DNA of 64,000 bases from an uncultured delta proteobacterium (GCA_963828255.1 CAWHDZ010000012.1:20262-84261); one strand, 5' to 3'; counted from the first letter of the stretch, positions 51,275 to 62,942 are shown. Made by a program: numbers and translations. Notes: generated from the letters alone by a model not told the origin.

Positions 51275-52171
51275 ATGGATAGACGCCCGAGAATTCTCGA
51301 GGATTTGTCCTCGACCTCCGCCAGCGCCGCAGTTGCGGCTCTCCTTCTCCTGTCCGGGTGCGCGACAGGAGGGGGCCAGGTCCAGGCCGACGTTTCCTCG
51401 CTCCGCGCCGAGGTCCGCACGCTTCAGCGGGAGAACGCGGACCTGGCGAGGCGGGTCGAGTCGATGGCGACCCAGATCGACGTGATGAACGCGCGGGCCG
51501 CCCGCGCGAGCGCTCCGCCTGCCGCCGTCGCGCCCGCCGCCGCGAAGCCCTCGGCTCCGGCCCCGGCTCCGGCCGCGGCCGCGGGCACGGGCCCGGCGAC
51601 ATTCGCCGCCGTGGAGGACGCCCTCGTCGTCCCCGCCCACCTGAAGGTCGTCCGGCTCGATCCTGCCGGGAGCACCGTTGCGCCGAAGGGCGGCAAGTCC
51701 CCGTCCGCCGCTCCGCCCGTCCCCACCGCCACGCCCATCCAGGAGCCATCGGCCGAGGCCATGGCCTCGCTGGCCCCGGGCGCCAGGCCGTCCCCGTCCG
51801 GCGCGCCGGCGGCCTACGAGCGAGCCCGGGCGCAGGAGGGGCTGGCCCGCGCCAGGTCCTTCGAGCAGTTCGCCGACGCCTATCCGTCGAACGCCCGCGC
51901 CGGAGAGGCGCTGGTGGACGCGGCCCGCACGAGGATGGAGGCCGGCGACCCCGACGGCTCGTGCGAGGACTTCTCCCGCGCCGTGGCCGAGCACCCGGCC
52001 TCGCGCGCCATGCCCGACGCCCTCGAGGGGCAGGCTGCCTGCGAGCTTCGCAGGGGCCGTCCCGCCGAGGCGAGCCGCCTCCAGACCCGCCTCGCCAAGG
52101 ATTTCCCCGATTCACCCGCTGGCAAGCGTGCCCGTGAGCACGCCCCGTCGGTGCAAGGAGCCGCGCCATGA
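51275..52171 (+). CDS. YbgF/CpoB-like lipoprotein (coiled coil + TPR)
   Basis: Lipobox LSGC, coiled coil, C-terminal TPR with YPS/HPAS/FPDS helix caps. Confidence 0.7.
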   Translation: MDRRPRILEDLSSTSASAAVAALLLLSGCATGGGQVQADVSSLRAEVRTLQRENADLARRVESMATQIDVMNARAARASAPPAAVAPAAAKPSAPAPAPAAAAGTGPATFAAVEDALVVPAHLKVVRLDPAGSTVAPKGGKSPSAAPPVPTATPIQEPSAEAMASLAPGARPSPSGAPAAYERARAQEGLARARSFEQFADAYPSNARAGEALVDAARTRMEAGDPDGSCEDFSRAVAEHPASRAMPDALEGQAACELRRGRPAEASRLQTRLAKDFPDSPAGKRAREHAPSVQGAAP

Positions 52172-53484
52172 CCCACTGGAAGGTAGCCCTCCTCCTCGCC
52201 GCGCTTCCGTCGCTGGCGCAGCCGCAGTCCAACGCGCTCGACCAGGCCCGGGGGACGCAGGCCGTCCAGGACAGGGGGACGGCCCGCACCGTGGTCATCA
52301 TCGACGCCGCCCAGGACGCGCCGCTCCCGGTGGGAGCGGACGGGACCGTCAACCTGAACGCCGCCGCCGACCGGATCGAGGGGAACACCGCGGATCCGGC
52401 CGCGCCCACCGGCGCCCGCGACGCGGGCGGTCTGGTCCAGCAGACCCACGTGATCCAGCGCGGCGACACGCTCTGGGATCTCTCCGGCAAGTTCCTCGAC
52501 AGCCCCTGGTACTGGCCCAAGCTCTGGTCCTACAACCCGCAGATCGAGAACCCGCACTGGATCTACCCGGGCAACCCGCTCCGGCTCTCGGCGGCGGGCG
52601 CCGAGGGTCCGGCGCGCATCATCGAGGTGGCCGGCGGCGCCGACGCCGTTCCTCCCAGGGAGCTCGACGACCTGACCCGGGGGAACATCGACCGGGCCCA
52701 GATGCTCGACGACGAGGACACGGTGACGGTGGGCGGCCCGTACAAGATCGGCGGGATGCGGCCGAAGGGGCCGGCGGTGCTGCGCAACAGCTTCGTGACC
52801 GCCAACCAGCTCGAGGCCTCCGGGACGGTGATCGCGGCCTTCGAGGAGAAGATGATCCTCTCGGGCGGCGACCGGATCTACGGCCGCTTCAAGGACCCCG
52901 ACTCGGTCAAGGTCGGGCAGGTCTTCTCCGTCTACCGGACCGACGGGGCCATCATCCACCCGGTGACCAGGCGGCAGTTCGGCTGGAAGACCGTCATCCT
53001 GGGAACCGCCCGGGTCACCGCCGTCGAGCCGGGCAAGGCCGCCTCGCTCGTCATCACCTACGTGAACGACGGCATCGAGCGCGGTGATCTCATCGGACCC
53101 CCGTCGGAGCAGGCGCGCCGCCCCCTCTTCGTGCGCCCCAACCGCTCCTCCCTCGACGCCTTCGTCATCGGTGTCCAGCCGTCCATCCTCACCGGCGCCG
53201 CCGAGTTCAACGTGGTCTACCTCGACAAGGGCAAGGCCGACGGCGTCGACGTGGGCAACACCTTCGAGGTGGTCCGGGCGGGCGACCCGCTGTACGAGCG
53301 GATCGACCGGCCGCTCAACACCCCCGGGCTGCCCCGGGAGGTCATCGGCCACGTGGTGGTGTTCGACGCGCAGGAGCGCGCGTCGTCGGCCTACGTGCGC
53401 AGGTCCATCTCCGAGCTCCTGGTGGGCGACCACGTCGAGATGCGGCCCACGGCCGATGCAGCCCCAGTGAAACAAGGAGGTTAG
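52168..53484 (+). CDS. LysM peptidoglycan-binding protein
   Basis: HVIQRGDTLWDLS..PWYWPKLWSYNPQIENPHWIYPG; adjacent to dprA. Confidence 0.92.
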   Translation: MTHWKVALLLAALPSLAQPQSNALDQARGTQAVQDRGTARTVVIIDAAQDAPLPVGADGTVNLNAAADRIEGNTADPAAPTGARDAGGLVQQTHVIQRGDTLWDLSGKFLDSPWYWPKLWSYNPQIENPHWIYPGNPLRLSAAGAEGPARIIEVAGGADAVPPRELDDLTRGNIDRAQMLDDEDTVTVGGPYKIGGMRPKGPAVLRNSFVTANQLEASGTVIAAFEEKMILSGGDRIYGRFKDPDSVKVGQVFSVYRTDGAIIHPVTRRQFGWKTVILGTARVTAVEPGKAASLVITYVNDGIERGDLIGPPSEQARRPLFVRPNRSSLDAFVIGVQPSILTGAAEFNVVYLDKGKADGVDVGNTFEVVRAGDPLYERIDRPLNTPGLPREVIGHVVVFDAQERASSAYVRRSISELLVGDHVEMRPTADAAPVKQGG

Positions 53485-53519
53485 ACCTCCCCGGCGCGGG
53501 GGCCTGGGCGGGGCGTCCC

Positions 53520-53548
53520 TTGACCTGCCCCGCCTCGGTGCGTATATG
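53520..53548 (+). promoter_or_regulatory. Putative sigma70 promoter of dprA-topA
   Basis: TTGACC-17 nt-TATATG, 10 nt before ATG. Confidence 0.45.
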
Positions 53549-53558
53549 ACCCCGCCTC

Positions 53559-54446
53559 ATGTGGGGTGCTCGAACCATCCGCCGCGGTGAGGAGGGATGG
53601 CCTCGGGCCCTGGACCTCCTTCCAGACCCACCGGATTTCCTCCGGATTCGCGGAGAGTTGCCTCGCCCGGGTGCCCGGGCGGTGGCCGTGGTGGGGTCCC
53701 GGACCGCTGGTTCGTCGGGGCTCGAGCAGGCCCGGGACATCGGCGCCATGCTGGCCAGGGCAGGCGCCTGGCTCGTCTCGGGAGGGGCCGTCGGGATCGA
53801 CGCCGCGGCCCACGCAGGGTCGGTCGAGGCCGGCGGCAGGACGGTCGTGGTGCTGGGAGGAGGGCTCGACCACCTCTACCCGGCGGAGAACCGGGAACTG
53901 TTCGCCCGGGTGGTGGAGACGGGCGGCGGGCTGCTCGCCGAGGTGGACGACGGCCAGCGTGCGGCGACGTGGAGCTTCCCGAAGCGCAACCGGATCGTGG
54001 CGGCGCTGGGCGAGGCGACGGTGGTGGTGAGGGCGGGTACGCGAAGCGGCGCGCTCCTCACGGCAGGGCACGCCTCGCGGATCGGGCAGCCGGTCTGGGT
54101 TGCCGCGGGGGTGGCAGGTGACGACGGAGCAGGGCTCCGGGAGCTCGCCGCGGCTGGAGCCGCGGAGTTCCGCACGGTGGAGGAACTCGCAGCCGGGCTC
54201 GGGCTCGAGGCCCGGGACGTGGGGTCCGCGCCGGACGCGGACCCGGGCCGCCTGGCCGGAGAGGCGGCGGCCCTCTGGAGGGCGCTCGACCGCGAGCCGC
54301 GGGGAGCCGACGAGGTGGCGCGGCGGGCCGGTGTCGGCCCGGGCGCGGTGCTGGCTGGATTGATGGAGCTCGAGCTGCTCGGGCTCGTGGAACGGAGGCC
54401 GGGGCGCGGATTCGCCCGGCGTGAAGTCGGGTCACAAGGAGAATGA
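53559..54446 (+). CDS. dprA: DNA-processing protein DprA
   Basis: VAVVGSR, VSGGAVGIDAAAH, FPKRNRIVA, SGALLTA, C-terminal winged helix. Confidence 0.95.
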   Translation: MWGARTIRRGEEGWPRALDLLPDPPDFLRIRGELPRPGARAVAVVGSRTAGSSGLEQARDIGAMLARAGAWLVSGGAVGIDAAAHAGSVEAGGRTVVVLGGGLDHLYPAENRELFARVVETGGGLLAEVDDGQRAATWSFPKRNRIVAALGEATVVVRAGTRSGALLTAGHASRIGQPVWVAAGVAGDDGAGLRELAAAGAAEFRTVEELAAGLGLEARDVGSAPDADPGRLAGEAAALWRALDREPRGADEVARRAGVGPGAVLAGLMELELLGLVERRPGRGFARREVGSQGE

Positions 54447-56890
54447 TGGCCACGGCAGCCAAGAAGGTCGCAGCGAAGAAGCCGGTCAAGGCCGCGAAGC
54501 CGGTCAAGGCCGCGAAGGCCGCGAAGGGCGCCAAGACCGCGAAGGCGGCGCTCCGCGTCGCTGGCCGGACACTGGTGGTGGTCGAGTCGCCGGCCAAGGC
54601 CAAGACCATCAAGAAGTACCTGGGGCGCTCCTACGAGGTCCTCGCCTCGGTGGGGCACATCATGGACCTGCCCAAGTCCAAGCTCGGCGTGGACGTCGAG
54701 CATGGGTTCGAGCCCCAGTACGTCGTCATCCGGGACAAGACCAAGGTGGTCGCCGACATCAAGAAGGCGGCCAGGAACGCCGACCGGATCCTGCTCGCCA
54801 CCGACCCCGACCGCGAGGGCGAGGCCATCGCCTGGCACCTCTCCATGGAGCTCGACGCGCCCGGAGGAGACGCCCGGGTCCAGCGCGTCCTCTTCAACGA
54901 GATCACCAAGGGCGCCATCCTGGCCGCCATCGAGAAGCCCGGGACGCTCGACCGCAAGAAGTACGACAGCCAGCAGGCCCGGCGCATCCTCGACCGGCTG
55001 GTCGGCTACCAGATCAGCCCCATCCTCTGGAAGAAGGTGCGGCGAGGCCTCTCCGCCGGCCGCGTGCAGTCGGTGGCGGTGCGCCTGGTGGTGGACCGGG
55101 AGCGGGAGATCGACGCCTTCGTGAAGGTGGAGTACTGGACCCTCGACGCCGACCTGGCCGCCGCGCTCCCTCCCGAGTTCCGCGCCCGCCTGGCCAAGGT
55201 CGACGGGCAGAAGGCCGATGTCACCGACGGTGACACGGCACGCGGCCTCGCCGCCGAGATCGGGAAGGCCCGCTTCACGGTGGCCTCGGTGGACCGCAAG
55301 GAGCGCCGCCGCAACGCACCCCCGCCCTTCACCACCGCCAAGCTCCAGCAGGAGGCCGCCAACCGGCTCGGCTTCAGCGCCAAGAAGACCATGACGCTGG
55401 CCCAGCGGCTGTACGAGGGCGTGGACCTGGGCGAGGACGGCACCACCGGCCTCATCACCTACATGCGCACCGACTCGGTGCGGCTCGCCCCCGAGGCGGT
55501 GGAGTCGGTCCGCGCCTACATCGGGCAGGTCTACGGCAAGGACCACCTTCCCGAGGCCCCCATCGTCTTCAAGACCAAGCAGAAGCAGGCCCAGGAGGCC
55601 CACGAGGCGGTGCGCCCGGTCTCGACCTCCTTCCCGCCCGAGAAGGTGGCCCCCCACCTCGACGCGCAGGGGGAGCGGGACATGAGCCGGCTCTACGAGC
55701 TCATCTGGAACCGCTTCGTGGCCTGCCAGATGGTGCCGGCGGTCTACGACCAGACCGTGGTGGACGTGGAGGCGGGCCGGGCCACGTTCCGGGCCACCGG
55801 TTCGGTGATGAAGTTCCCCGGGTACCTGGCGGTCTACGGGGCGCAGCGCCCCGAGGACGAGGCCGGCGCCGAGGTCGAGAAGGAGGGCGAGGAGGGGGCC
55901 CGCGACAAGGCGGAGGATCGCTCCCTGCCGCCGCTCGAGGCCGGCCAGGATCTGACACTGGTCCGGCTGCTCCCCGAGCAGCACTTCACCCAGCCGCCTC
56001 CGCGCTTCAACGAGTCTTCGCTCATCAAGGAGCTGGAGGAGAAGGGCATCGGCCGCCCCTCCACCTACGCCTCCATCCTCTCCACCATCCAGGACAAGGG
56101 GTACGTGGAGAAGCTGGAGCGGGTCTTCAAGCCCTCCCACCTCGGCCTCGTGGTGACCGACGAGCTCGTGAAGGCCTTCCCCAGCGAGCTCGACGTGGCC
56201 TTCACCGCCGGCATGGAGGAGAAGCTCGACGAGGTCGAGGAGGGCACCACCGGCTGGCAGGCCGTGCTCACCGAGTTCTACGACCGATTCAAGGTCGACC
56301 TCGCCAAGGCCGGCGAGCTGATGCGGGACGTGAAGACCGAGCAGCAGCCCACCGAGGTCCCCTGCGAGAAGTGCGGCAAGCTCATGGTCATCAAGTGGGG
56401 GCGCAACGGGGAGTTCCTGGCCTGCCCGGGATACCCGGAGTGCCGCAACACCATGAACTTCCGCCGCGAGGGGGACGCCGTCGTCCCGATGAAGGAGGAG
56501 GACGTCCCCACCGACGAGAAGTGCCCGGAGTGCGCGGCCCCCATGGTGATGAAGCGGGGGCGCTTCGGGAAGTTCTTCGCCTGCACCCGTTACCCGGAGT
56601 GCAAGGGCACCAAGTCGGTGCCGCTGGGCGTCCCGTGCCCCAAGTGCGCCAGCGACCTCTCCGAGCGCCGCTCCCGCCGCGGCAAGACCTTCTACGGCTG
56701 TACGGCGTATCCCAAGTGCGACTTCGTCTCCTGGGACAAGCCCCGGCTGGAGAAGTGCCCGCTCTGCGAGAACCCGTGGCTCGTGGAGAAGTTCTCCAAG
56801 CGCGACGGCGCGGTGGTGGCCTGCCCGATCAAGGAATGCGGCTACCGGCGGGCGGGGGGCGACACCGCCCCGGCGCAAGCGGCGCACTGA
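54443..56890 (+). CDS. topA: DNA topoisomerase I
   Basis: VVVESPAKAKTI, ATDPDREGEAI, SAGRVQS, ITYMRTDS, GIGRPSTY, C-terminal zinc ribbons. Confidence 0.98.
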   Translation: MMATAAKKVAAKKPVKAAKPVKAAKAAKGAKTAKAALRVAGRTLVVVESPAKAKTIKKYLGRSYEVLASVGHIMDLPKSKLGVDVEHGFEPQYVVIRDKTKVVADIKKAARNADRILLATDPDREGEAIAWHLSMELDAPGGDARVQRVLFNEITKGAILAAIEKPGTLDRKKYDSQQARRILDRLVGYQISPILWKKVRRGLSAGRVQSVAVRLVVDREREIDAFVKVEYWTLDADLAAALPPEFRARLAKVDGQKADVTDGDTARGLAAEIGKARFTVASVDRKERRRNAPPPFTTAKLQQEAANRLGFSAKKTMTLAQRLYEGVDLGEDGTTGLITYMRTDSVRLAPEAVESVRAYIGQVYGKDHLPEAPIVFKTKQKQAQEAHEAVRPVSTSFPPEKVAPHLDAQGERDMSRLYELIWNRFVACQMVPAVYDQTVVDVEAGRATFRATGSVMKFPGYLAVYGAQRPEDEAGAEVEKEGEEGARDKAEDRSLPPLEAGQDLTLVRLLPEQHFTQPPPRFNESSLIKELEEKGIGRPSTYASILSTIQDKGYVEKLERVFKPSHLGLVVTDELVKAFPSELDVAFTAGMEEKLDEVEEGTTGWQAVLTEFYDRFKVDLAKAGELMRDVKTEQQPTEVPCEKCGKLMVIKWGRNGEFLACPGYPECRNTMNFRREGDAVVPMKEEDVPTDEKCPECAAPMVMKRGRFGKFFACTRYPECKGTKSVPLGVPCPKCASDLSERRSRRGKTFYGCTAYPKCDFVSWDKPRLEKCPLCENPWLVEKFSKRDGAVVACPIKECGYRRAGGDTAPAQAAH

Positions 56891-57198
56891 ACGGCGTACG
56901 GGCTGGCCTCGAGCCGCCGCTGCTCGATCGGCTCCCCGCAGCCGGCGCACATTCCGTAGGTCCCGGTGTCGATGCGGGCCAGCGCGCCGTCCACACGCGC
57001 CAGCTCGGCGGTCTCGACCGCTCCGACCAGCGCGATGCGCTCCTGCTCCTCCTCGCTCTGGGCTCCGTCGGCGAACTCGATCTCCCGCTCGGCGCGGATC
57101 TCGGCGATGCCTGCGTTCCCGTTCTTGATGAGGGTCGCGAGCTCCTGCCGGCGCGCTTCCAGGCGCTTCCTCGCGGCCTCGAGCTGCTTCTGGCGCAT
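56842..57198 (-). CDS. TraR/DksA C4 zinc-finger protein
   Basis: ALARIDTGTYGMCAGCGEPIEQRRLEASPYAVQCAAC; GGAGG RBS. Confidence 0.9.
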   Translation of the reverse strand: MRQKQLEAARKRLEARRQELATLIKNGNAGIAEIRAEREIEFADGAQSEEEQERIALVGAVETAELARVDGALARIDTGTYGMCAGCGEPIEQRRLEASPYAVQCAACAGAVSPPARR

Positions 57199-57315
57199 CC
57201 GATCCTCCTCTCCGGGCGGGAGCCCGGCATCCCCCGTAGCGTGCGCTCCCGGGGGGCGGTTCGCAAGGCATCGCCAGGGGCGTACCCGGCGGCGGCGTGA
57301 TAAGTACCGCCCGCG

Positions 57316-58650
57316 ATGGCGCCGCCGGACGACAGGTCGGGGAGGGTGACCGTGGTCGGGGCCGGCCTGGCCGGGAGCGAGGCGGCCTGGACGCTGGCCC
57401 GTGCCGGGGTGCCGGTGGACCTCGTCGAGATGAAGCCGGTCCGGCGCTCCCCCGTGCAACGGCTCGACGGCTTCGCCGAGCTGGTCTGCTCCAACTCGCT
57501 CCGATCCGACGATCCCCTGAACGCCGTCGGCCTCCTCCACGAGGAGCTGCGCCGGGCCGGGAGCCTGGTGCTCTCCTGCGCCGACCAGACCCGCGTGCCG
57601 GCCGGCGGCGCGCTGGCCGTGGACCGCGAGGCCTTCAGCGCCCTCGTCACCGACCGGCTCACCCGGGAGCCGCTCGTCCGCGTCGAGCGTGCCGAGGTCG
57701 CGTCGCTCCCCGAGGGCCACGGCCTCGCCATCCTGGCCACCGGGCCCCTCACCGGAGATTCCCTGGCGGCGGCGCTGGCCGCCCTGGTCGGGCCCGGTCT
57801 CTCCTTCTACGACGCCATCGCGCCGGTGGTGACCGACGAGAGCATCGACCGGACCGTGGCCTTCGCCGCCTCCCGCTGGGGGAAGGGGGAGGGGGCCGAC
57901 TACCTCAACCTGCCCATGGACGCGTCCGCCTACCAGGCCTTCGTGGCCGCCCTGCTCGCCGGCGAGAAGGTCGTGCCGCACGGCTTCGAGGAGCCGCGCT
58001 ACTTCGAGGGGTGCCTGCCCATCGAGGTCATGGCCGAGCGAGGTCCCGACACCCTCCGTCACGGCCCCATGAAGCCGGTGGGGCTCGACGACCCGCGCAC
58101 CGGGCGCTGGCCCCACGCGGTGGTGCAGCTCCGGCGGGAGGACGTGGCCGGGACCGCCTGGAACCTGGTGGGCTTCCAGACGCGCCTCACCTGGCCCGAG
58201 CAGCAGCGGATCTTCCGGGAGTTCATCCCCGGCCTCGCCTCGGCCGAGTTCCAGCGCCTCGGCCAGGTCCACCGCAACACCTTCGTGGACGCGCCCCGGG
58301 TGCTCTCCCCCGACCAGTCGCTCCGCGCCCGCCCGGACCTCTTCCTGGCCGGCCAGATCACCGGCGTGGAGGGCTACGTCGAGTCGGCGGGCTCGGGACT
58401 CCTGGCGGCGCGCGCCGTGCTCGACCGGCTGGCCGGGCGCCCGTTCCGCCCCCCGCCCGCCACCACGGCGCTGGGGGCGCTGCACCGCCACGTCACCGGC
58501 GTGGCCCACCCCGAGGGGCTCGCCTTCCAGCCGTCCAACGTGGTCTTCGCGCTGTTCCCGCCGCTCGACGGGCGGCGCCGCGGCAAGGGGGAGCGCAAGC
58601 AGGCCTACGCCGAGCGCGCCCGGAAGGACCTGAAGGAGTGGATCGGATGA
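57316..58650 (+). CDS. trmFO: Methylenetetrahydrofolate--tRNA-(uracil-5)-methyltransferase
   Basis: [39 protein letters not shown]. Confidence 0.97.
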   Translation: MAPPDDRSGRVTVVGAGLAGSEAAWTLARAGVPVDLVEMKPVRRSPVQRLDGFAELVCSNSLRSDDPLNAVGLLHEELRRAGSLVLSCADQTRVPAGGALAVDREAFSALVTDRLTREPLVRVERAEVASLPEGHGLAILATGPLTGDSLAAALAALVGPGLSFYDAIAPVVTDESIDRTVAFAASRWGKGEGADYLNLPMDASAYQAFVAALLAGEKVVPHGFEEPRYFEGCLPIEVMAERGPDTLRHGPMKPVGLDDPRTGRWPHAVVQLRREDVAGTAWNLVGFQTRLTWPEQQRIFREFIPGLASAEFQRLGQVHRNTFVDAPRVLSPDQSLRARPDLFLAGQITGVEGYVESAGSGLLAARAVLDRLAGRPFRPPPATTALGALHRHVTGVAHPEGLAFQPSNVVFALFPPLDGRRRGKGERKQAYAERARKDLKEWIG

Positions 58651-60065
58651 GAACCCACACGGCCCTCGCCGCGATCGCGGCCCTCCTCGCCGGGCAGGCG
58701 TGCACCCCGCGCACCGCGCCGCCGGTCACGGCCGGCAAGCGGATCTCCGGGGGAGCGGCGGCCGCGCTCTCCGCCTCGCCGGACGGGAGCCGCCTGGCCT
58801 GGCTCGAAGGCTGCGCCGCCGTCCCGGGGAAGGGGCCCGCCTGCAGCCTCCTCGTCGCGCCCGCGGGTGGCGCGCCCGCGGGTGGAGGGGCGCCGGTGCG
58901 CGTCGCCGAGAACGTGGCCCTGGCGGCCGGTTCCCACGCCTGGAACGCCGATGGCTCGCTCTCCGCCCTGGCCAGCCGGGATCCGGTCTCGGGCGCGGGG
59001 GAGCTCGTGGTGTGGCGGCCCGGGGCGGAACCCCGGCTGCTCGCCCGGCGGGCCAGGCTGTTCACCGGTGGTCCTGGTGGCGAGGTGGCGTTCGTCGCCG
59101 ACGGCGACCTCCTCGTGGCGGCGCCCGGCAGCGACCCCGTGCGCCTTCCCAGCGGCGGCGGCGCCCTCGAGCTCGCCTTCGCCCCGGCCCCGGCGCGCGC
59201 GCTGGCGGCCCGGGTGCGCGGCGCGGGCGGGTCACCCGTCCTCCTGCTCTGGCGGGGGCTCGCCGGGGAGCCCGCGGTGGTGGCCCGCGACGTCGGCTCC
59301 TTCGCCTTCTCCCCCGACGGCGGCTGGCTTGCGGCGGTGGCCGGCGTGGCGCCGGGGAGCGAGGGAAACCTCGTGGCCGTCCCGGTGAGCCCGCCGGCGG
59401 GAACCGCGGCGGAGCCGGTGATGGTGGCCCGCGCCGTCGGCCCGTTCCAGTGGGCCCCGGGCGCGGACCGGCTCGCCTGGCTGGAGGGATTCGACGCCCG
59501 CGTCCACGCGGGCAGGCTGGCCTCCGCCCGTCCCGGGGAGGCGCCGGTGGTCCACGGCGACCGGGTCACCGCCTTCGACCTCGCGCCCGGCGGGGACCGG
59601 CTGGCCTACGTGCGGCACGTCACCGAGGGTGGATACGCCGCCAACCTCGAGCTCTCCCCGTCCGGCGCGGCCGCGCCGGCCACCGTGACCCGCGACGCCG
59701 CCGCCTTCGCCTTCTCCCCCGACGGCCGCTTCCTCCACTACCGGGCCGGGTGCGCCCCCTCCGGCGACGGCTGCGCCCTCTTCCGCGTCCCGTCCGCCGG
59801 CCCGTCCCGGGAGGCCGAGTGGCTGGCCGACGGGGTGGCCTCCTTCGCCGTCGCCCCTGGTCGCGGCGAGCGGGTGCTCGTCGCGCTGGCCCGCCGGGAC
59901 GGGGCCGGCGCGGACCTGTCGGCCTGGGCGGGCGGCAGGCTCGTCCCGCTCGACGGGAGGGTGCTCCCCGGCAGCCCGCTCCTGCTCCCGCCGGAGGGCA
60001 AGCGCGCCGCCTGGATCGGAACCGCCCCGGAGCGCGCCGGGGTCTTCGTGGCCGACCTGCCGTAG
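58647..60065 (+). CDS. Lipoprotein with TolB/WD40-like beta-propeller repeats
   Basis: Signal ending AGQAC; repeated SPDG/FSPDG/WAPG motifs. Confidence 0.7.
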   Translation: MRTHTALAAIAALLAGQACTPRTAPPVTAGKRISGGAAAALSASPDGSRLAWLEGCAAVPGKGPACSLLVAPAGGAPAGGGAPVRVAENVALAAGSHAWNADGSLSALASRDPVSGAGELVVWRPGAEPRLLARRARLFTGGPGGEVAFVADGDLLVAAPGSDPVRLPSGGGALELAFAPAPARALAARVRGAGGSPVLLLWRGLAGEPAVVARDVGSFAFSPDGGWLAAVAGVAPGSEGNLVAVPVSPPAGTAAEPVMVARAVGPFQWAPGADRLAWLEGFDARVHAGRLASARPGEAPVVHGDRVTAFDLAPGGDRLAYVRHVTEGGYAANLELSPSGAAAPATVTRDAAAFAFSPDGRFLHYRAGCAPSGDGCALFRVPSAGPSREAEWLADGVASFAVAPGRGERVLVALARRDGAGADLSAWAGGRLVPLDGRVLPGSPLLLPPEGKRAAWIGTAPERAGVFVADLP

Positions 60066-60112
60066 GAGGCCGGCGAATGGCCCGGCCCCCTGGCGCGTGG
60101 TAGCAGGGAGTC

Positions 60113-61039
60113 GTGGCCCAGGACGTCGCCGCGCTCCCCGAGGAGGTCCAGCGCTTCTCGCGCTGGCTGGCCGGCGAGCGCCGCGCCTCGCCGCAGACCA
60201 TCCGCGCCTACCTGGCCGACCTGGCCTCCTACGTGGCCCACCTCGCCTCGGTGGGCGTCCCCCTCGTGCCCTCGTCCCCGGCCGCGGTGCGCGGCTGGCT
60301 GGGCGGGGAGTCGGCCACGAACGGTCCCACCTCGCTCTCCCGCAAGCTCTCCACGGTCCGCACCTTCCACCGGTTCCTGGTGAAGGAGGGGCTCTCCACG
60401 GTGAACCCGGCCCGCGCGGTCCAGGCGCCCCGGCGCCCCCACCGGCTGCCCGAGGTCCTTCCCGAGGCCGACGTGGCGGCGCTGGTCGAGGCCCCGGCCA
60501 ATCCGGGGGCGCTCGGCCTGCGCGACCGCGCCTTCCTGGAGCTCCTCTACTCCTCCGGGCTGCGCGTCTCCGAGCTCACCGGGCTCGACCTCGACGACCT
60601 CGACCTGCCGGGAGGGCTGGTGCGGGTGCTCGGCAAGGGGGGCAAGGAGCGGGTGGTCCCGGTGGGAGGGCCGGCGCGGGAGGCGCTGCGCCGATGGATC
60701 GAGGAGGGGAGGGGGGCCTTGCTCGCCGGCGTGGACGGCGCAGGGGCCCGTGGTGCACTGTTCGTGAACTACCGGGGCGGACGGCTCTCGGCCCGCTCGG
60801 TGGCCCGAAGGCTCGATCGCTGGGTCACGGCCGCCGGCCTGCCCCGCCACGTGCACCCCCACGTCCTGCGCCACTGCTTCGCCACCCACCTGCTCGGCAA
60901 CGGCGCCGACCTGCGCGGCATCCAGGAGCTGCTCGGCCACGCCTCGCTCTCCACCACCCAGCGCTACACCCACCTCGACTGGAAGCGGCTCGCCGACGTC
61001 TACGACCGGGCCCACCCCCGCGCCCGGTCGGGGCCGTAG
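60113..61039 (+). CDS. xerC: Tyrosine recombinase XerC
   Basis: [44 protein letters not shown]; trmFO-xerC-hslVU context. Confidence 0.92.
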   Translation: MAQDVAALPEEVQRFSRWLAGERRASPQTIRAYLADLASYVAHLASVGVPLVPSSPAAVRGWLGGESATNGPTSLSRKLSTVRTFHRFLVKEGLSTVNPARAVQAPRRPHRLPEVLPEADVAALVEAPANPGALGLRDRAFLELLYSSGLRVSELTGLDLDDLDLPGGLVRVLGKGGKERVVPVGGPAREALRRWIEEGRGALLAGVDGAGARGALFVNYRGGRLSARSVARRLDRWVTAAGLPRHVHPHVLRHCFATHLLGNGADLRGIQELLGHASLSTTQRYTHLDWKRLADVYDRAHPRARSGP

Positions 61040-61071
61040 CGCCGGGCCCGGAGCCGCGGTACATCGTCCGG

Positions 61072-61611
61072 ATGATCCGATCGACGACGGTCCTCTGCGT
61101 GCGCCGCGACGGCCGGGTGGCGATGGCCGGCGACGGCCAGGTGACGCTCGACAAGACGGTGATGAAGTCCGGGGCCCGCAAGGTGCGGCGCCTGGGGGAG
61201 GGCAAGGTGCTGGCCGGCTTCGCCGGCGCCACCGCCGACGCCTTCACCCTCTTCGAGCTCTTCGAGAAGAAGCTCAAGGAGCACGGCCGGTCCCTGCCGC
61301 GGGCCGCGGTCGAGCTGGCCAAGCAGTGGCGCACCGACCGCTTCCTGCGCCGGTTGGAGGCCCTGCTCATGGTCGCCGACGAAGGGAGCCTCTTCGTGCT
61401 CTCCGGGTCGGGCGACGTCATCGAGCCCGACGCCGTCCCGGGGGGCGCGGTGGCGGCCATCGGCTCGGGAGCCCCCTACGCACTCTCGGCGGCGCGGGCC
61501 CTGCTGGCCCACACGTCGCTGCCGGCCCGGACGGTGGCCGAGGAGTCGATGAAGCTGGCCGCCGAGATCTGCATCTACACCAACGACCGGCTGACCATCG
61601 AGGAGGTCTAG
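61072..61611 (+). CDS. hslV: ATP-dependent protease subunit HslV
   Basis: [32 protein letters not shown]. Confidence 0.97.
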   Translation: MIRSTTVLCVRRDGRVAMAGDGQVTLDKTVMKSGARKVRRLGEGKVLAGFAGATADAFTLFELFEKKLKEHGRSLPRAAVELAKQWRTDRFLRRLEALLMVADEGSLFVLSGSGDVIEPDAVPGGAVAAIGSGAPYALSAARALLAHTSLPARTVAEESMKLAAEICIYTNDRLTIEEV

Positions 61612-61614
61612 GCG

Positions 61615-62934
61615 ATGCAGCCCAAGGACCTGACGCCGCGGGAGATTGTCGCCGAGCTCGACCGGCACATCGTGGGGCAGGACGCCGCCAAGCGCGCCGT
61701 GGCCAACGCCCTGCGCAACCGCTGGCGGAGGCAGCGGGTCGCCGCCGACCTGCGCGACGAGGTGATGCCCAAGAACATCATCCTCATCGGCCCCACCGGG
61801 GTGGGCAAGACCGAGATCGCCCGCCGCCTGGCCCGTCTCGCCGATGCACCCTTCGTGAAGGTCGAGGCCTCCAAGTTCACCGAGGTGGGCTACGTGGGGC
61901 GCGACGTGGACTCGATGATCCGCGACCTGGTCGAGGCGGCGGTGAAGCTCGTGAAGGAGGAGGAGATGGAGAAGCACCGCTCCCGGGCCCGCGAGGCGGC
62001 CGAGGACCGGGTGCTCTCCGCGCTGGGTCAGGCCGGGGATCGCGACAAGGGGCGGGCCCGGCTGCGGGCCGGCACCCTCGACGACGAGACGGTGGAGATC
62101 GAGGTCGCCGAGTCCGCGCCCCAGGTCCCCATGATGGCCGGCCCGGGGATGGAGGAGATGACCCAGGGGCTCCAGGAGATGTTCAAGAACATGGGGCCGG
62201 GCGGGCTGGGGTCGATCTTCGGCGGCGGGAAGAAGCGCAAGCGGAGGCTCCCGGTGAAGGAGGCGGTCGAGCTGCTCTCCGGGGAGGAGGCGGCCCGCAT
62301 GGTGGACATGGACCGGGTGGTCCGCGAGGCCCTCGACCGGGCCCAGAACCACGGGATCGTCTTCATCGACGAGATCGACAAGATCGCCTCCCGCGACTCC
62401 GCGTCCGGCCCCGACGTCTCGCGGGGCGGCGTGCAGCGCGACCTCCTGCCCATCGTGGAGGGCTCCCACGTCGCCACCAAGCACGGCCCGGTGCGCACCG
62501 ACCACGTCCTCTTCATCGCCGCCGGGGCCTTCCACGTGGCCAAGGTCGCAGACCTCATCCCCGAGTTGCAGGGGCGCTTCCCCATCCGCGTGGAGCTCGA
62601 GCCCCTCACCCGGGCCGACCTGGCCCGCATCCTGCGGGAGCCGCGGGCCTCCCTCACCCGGCAGTACGAGGCGCTGCTGGCCACCGAGGGGGTCGAGGTG
62701 GTCTTCCAGGACGACGGGGTGGAGGAGATCGCCCGCATCGCCGAGGAGGTGAACGAGCGCGGCGAGAACATCGGCGCCCGCCGCCTCCACACCGTGATGG
62801 AGAAGCTCCTCGACGTGATCTCCTTCGACGCCGACCGCATGCGGGGAGCCCGGATCCCGGTGGACGCGCGCTACGTCCGGGAGCGGCTCGAGGGCGTGGT
62901 TCGCGACGAGGACCTGTCGCGGTACATCCTCTGA
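61615..62934 (+). CDS. hslU: ATP-dependent protease ATPase subunit HslU
   Basis: [34 protein letters not shown]. Confidence 0.97.
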   Translation: MQPKDLTPREIVAELDRHIVGQDAAKRAVANALRNRWRRQRVAADLRDEVMPKNIILIGPTGVGKTEIARRLARLADAPFVKVEASKFTEVGYVGRDVDSMIRDLVEAAVKLVKEEEMEKHRSRAREAAEDRVLSALGQAGDRDKGRARLRAGTLDDETVEIEVAESAPQVPMMAGPGMEEMTQGLQEMFKNMGPGGLGSIFGGGKKRKRRLPVKEAVELLSGEEAARMVDMDRVVREALDRAQNHGIVFIDEIDKIASRDSASGPDVSRGGVQRDLLPIVEGSHVATKHGPVRTDHVLFIAAGAFHVAKVADLIPELQGRFPIRVELEPLTRADLARILREPRASLTRQYEALLATEGVEVVFQDDGVEEIARIAEEVNERGENIGARRLHTVMEKLLDVISFDADRMRGARIPVDARYVRERLEGVVRDEDLSRYIL

Positions 62935-62942
62935 GTTGTGCT

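Noticed and set aside
60113..61039. Phage or island integrase
   Set aside because: Size, motifs and the trmFO-hslVU context indicate housekeeping XerC.
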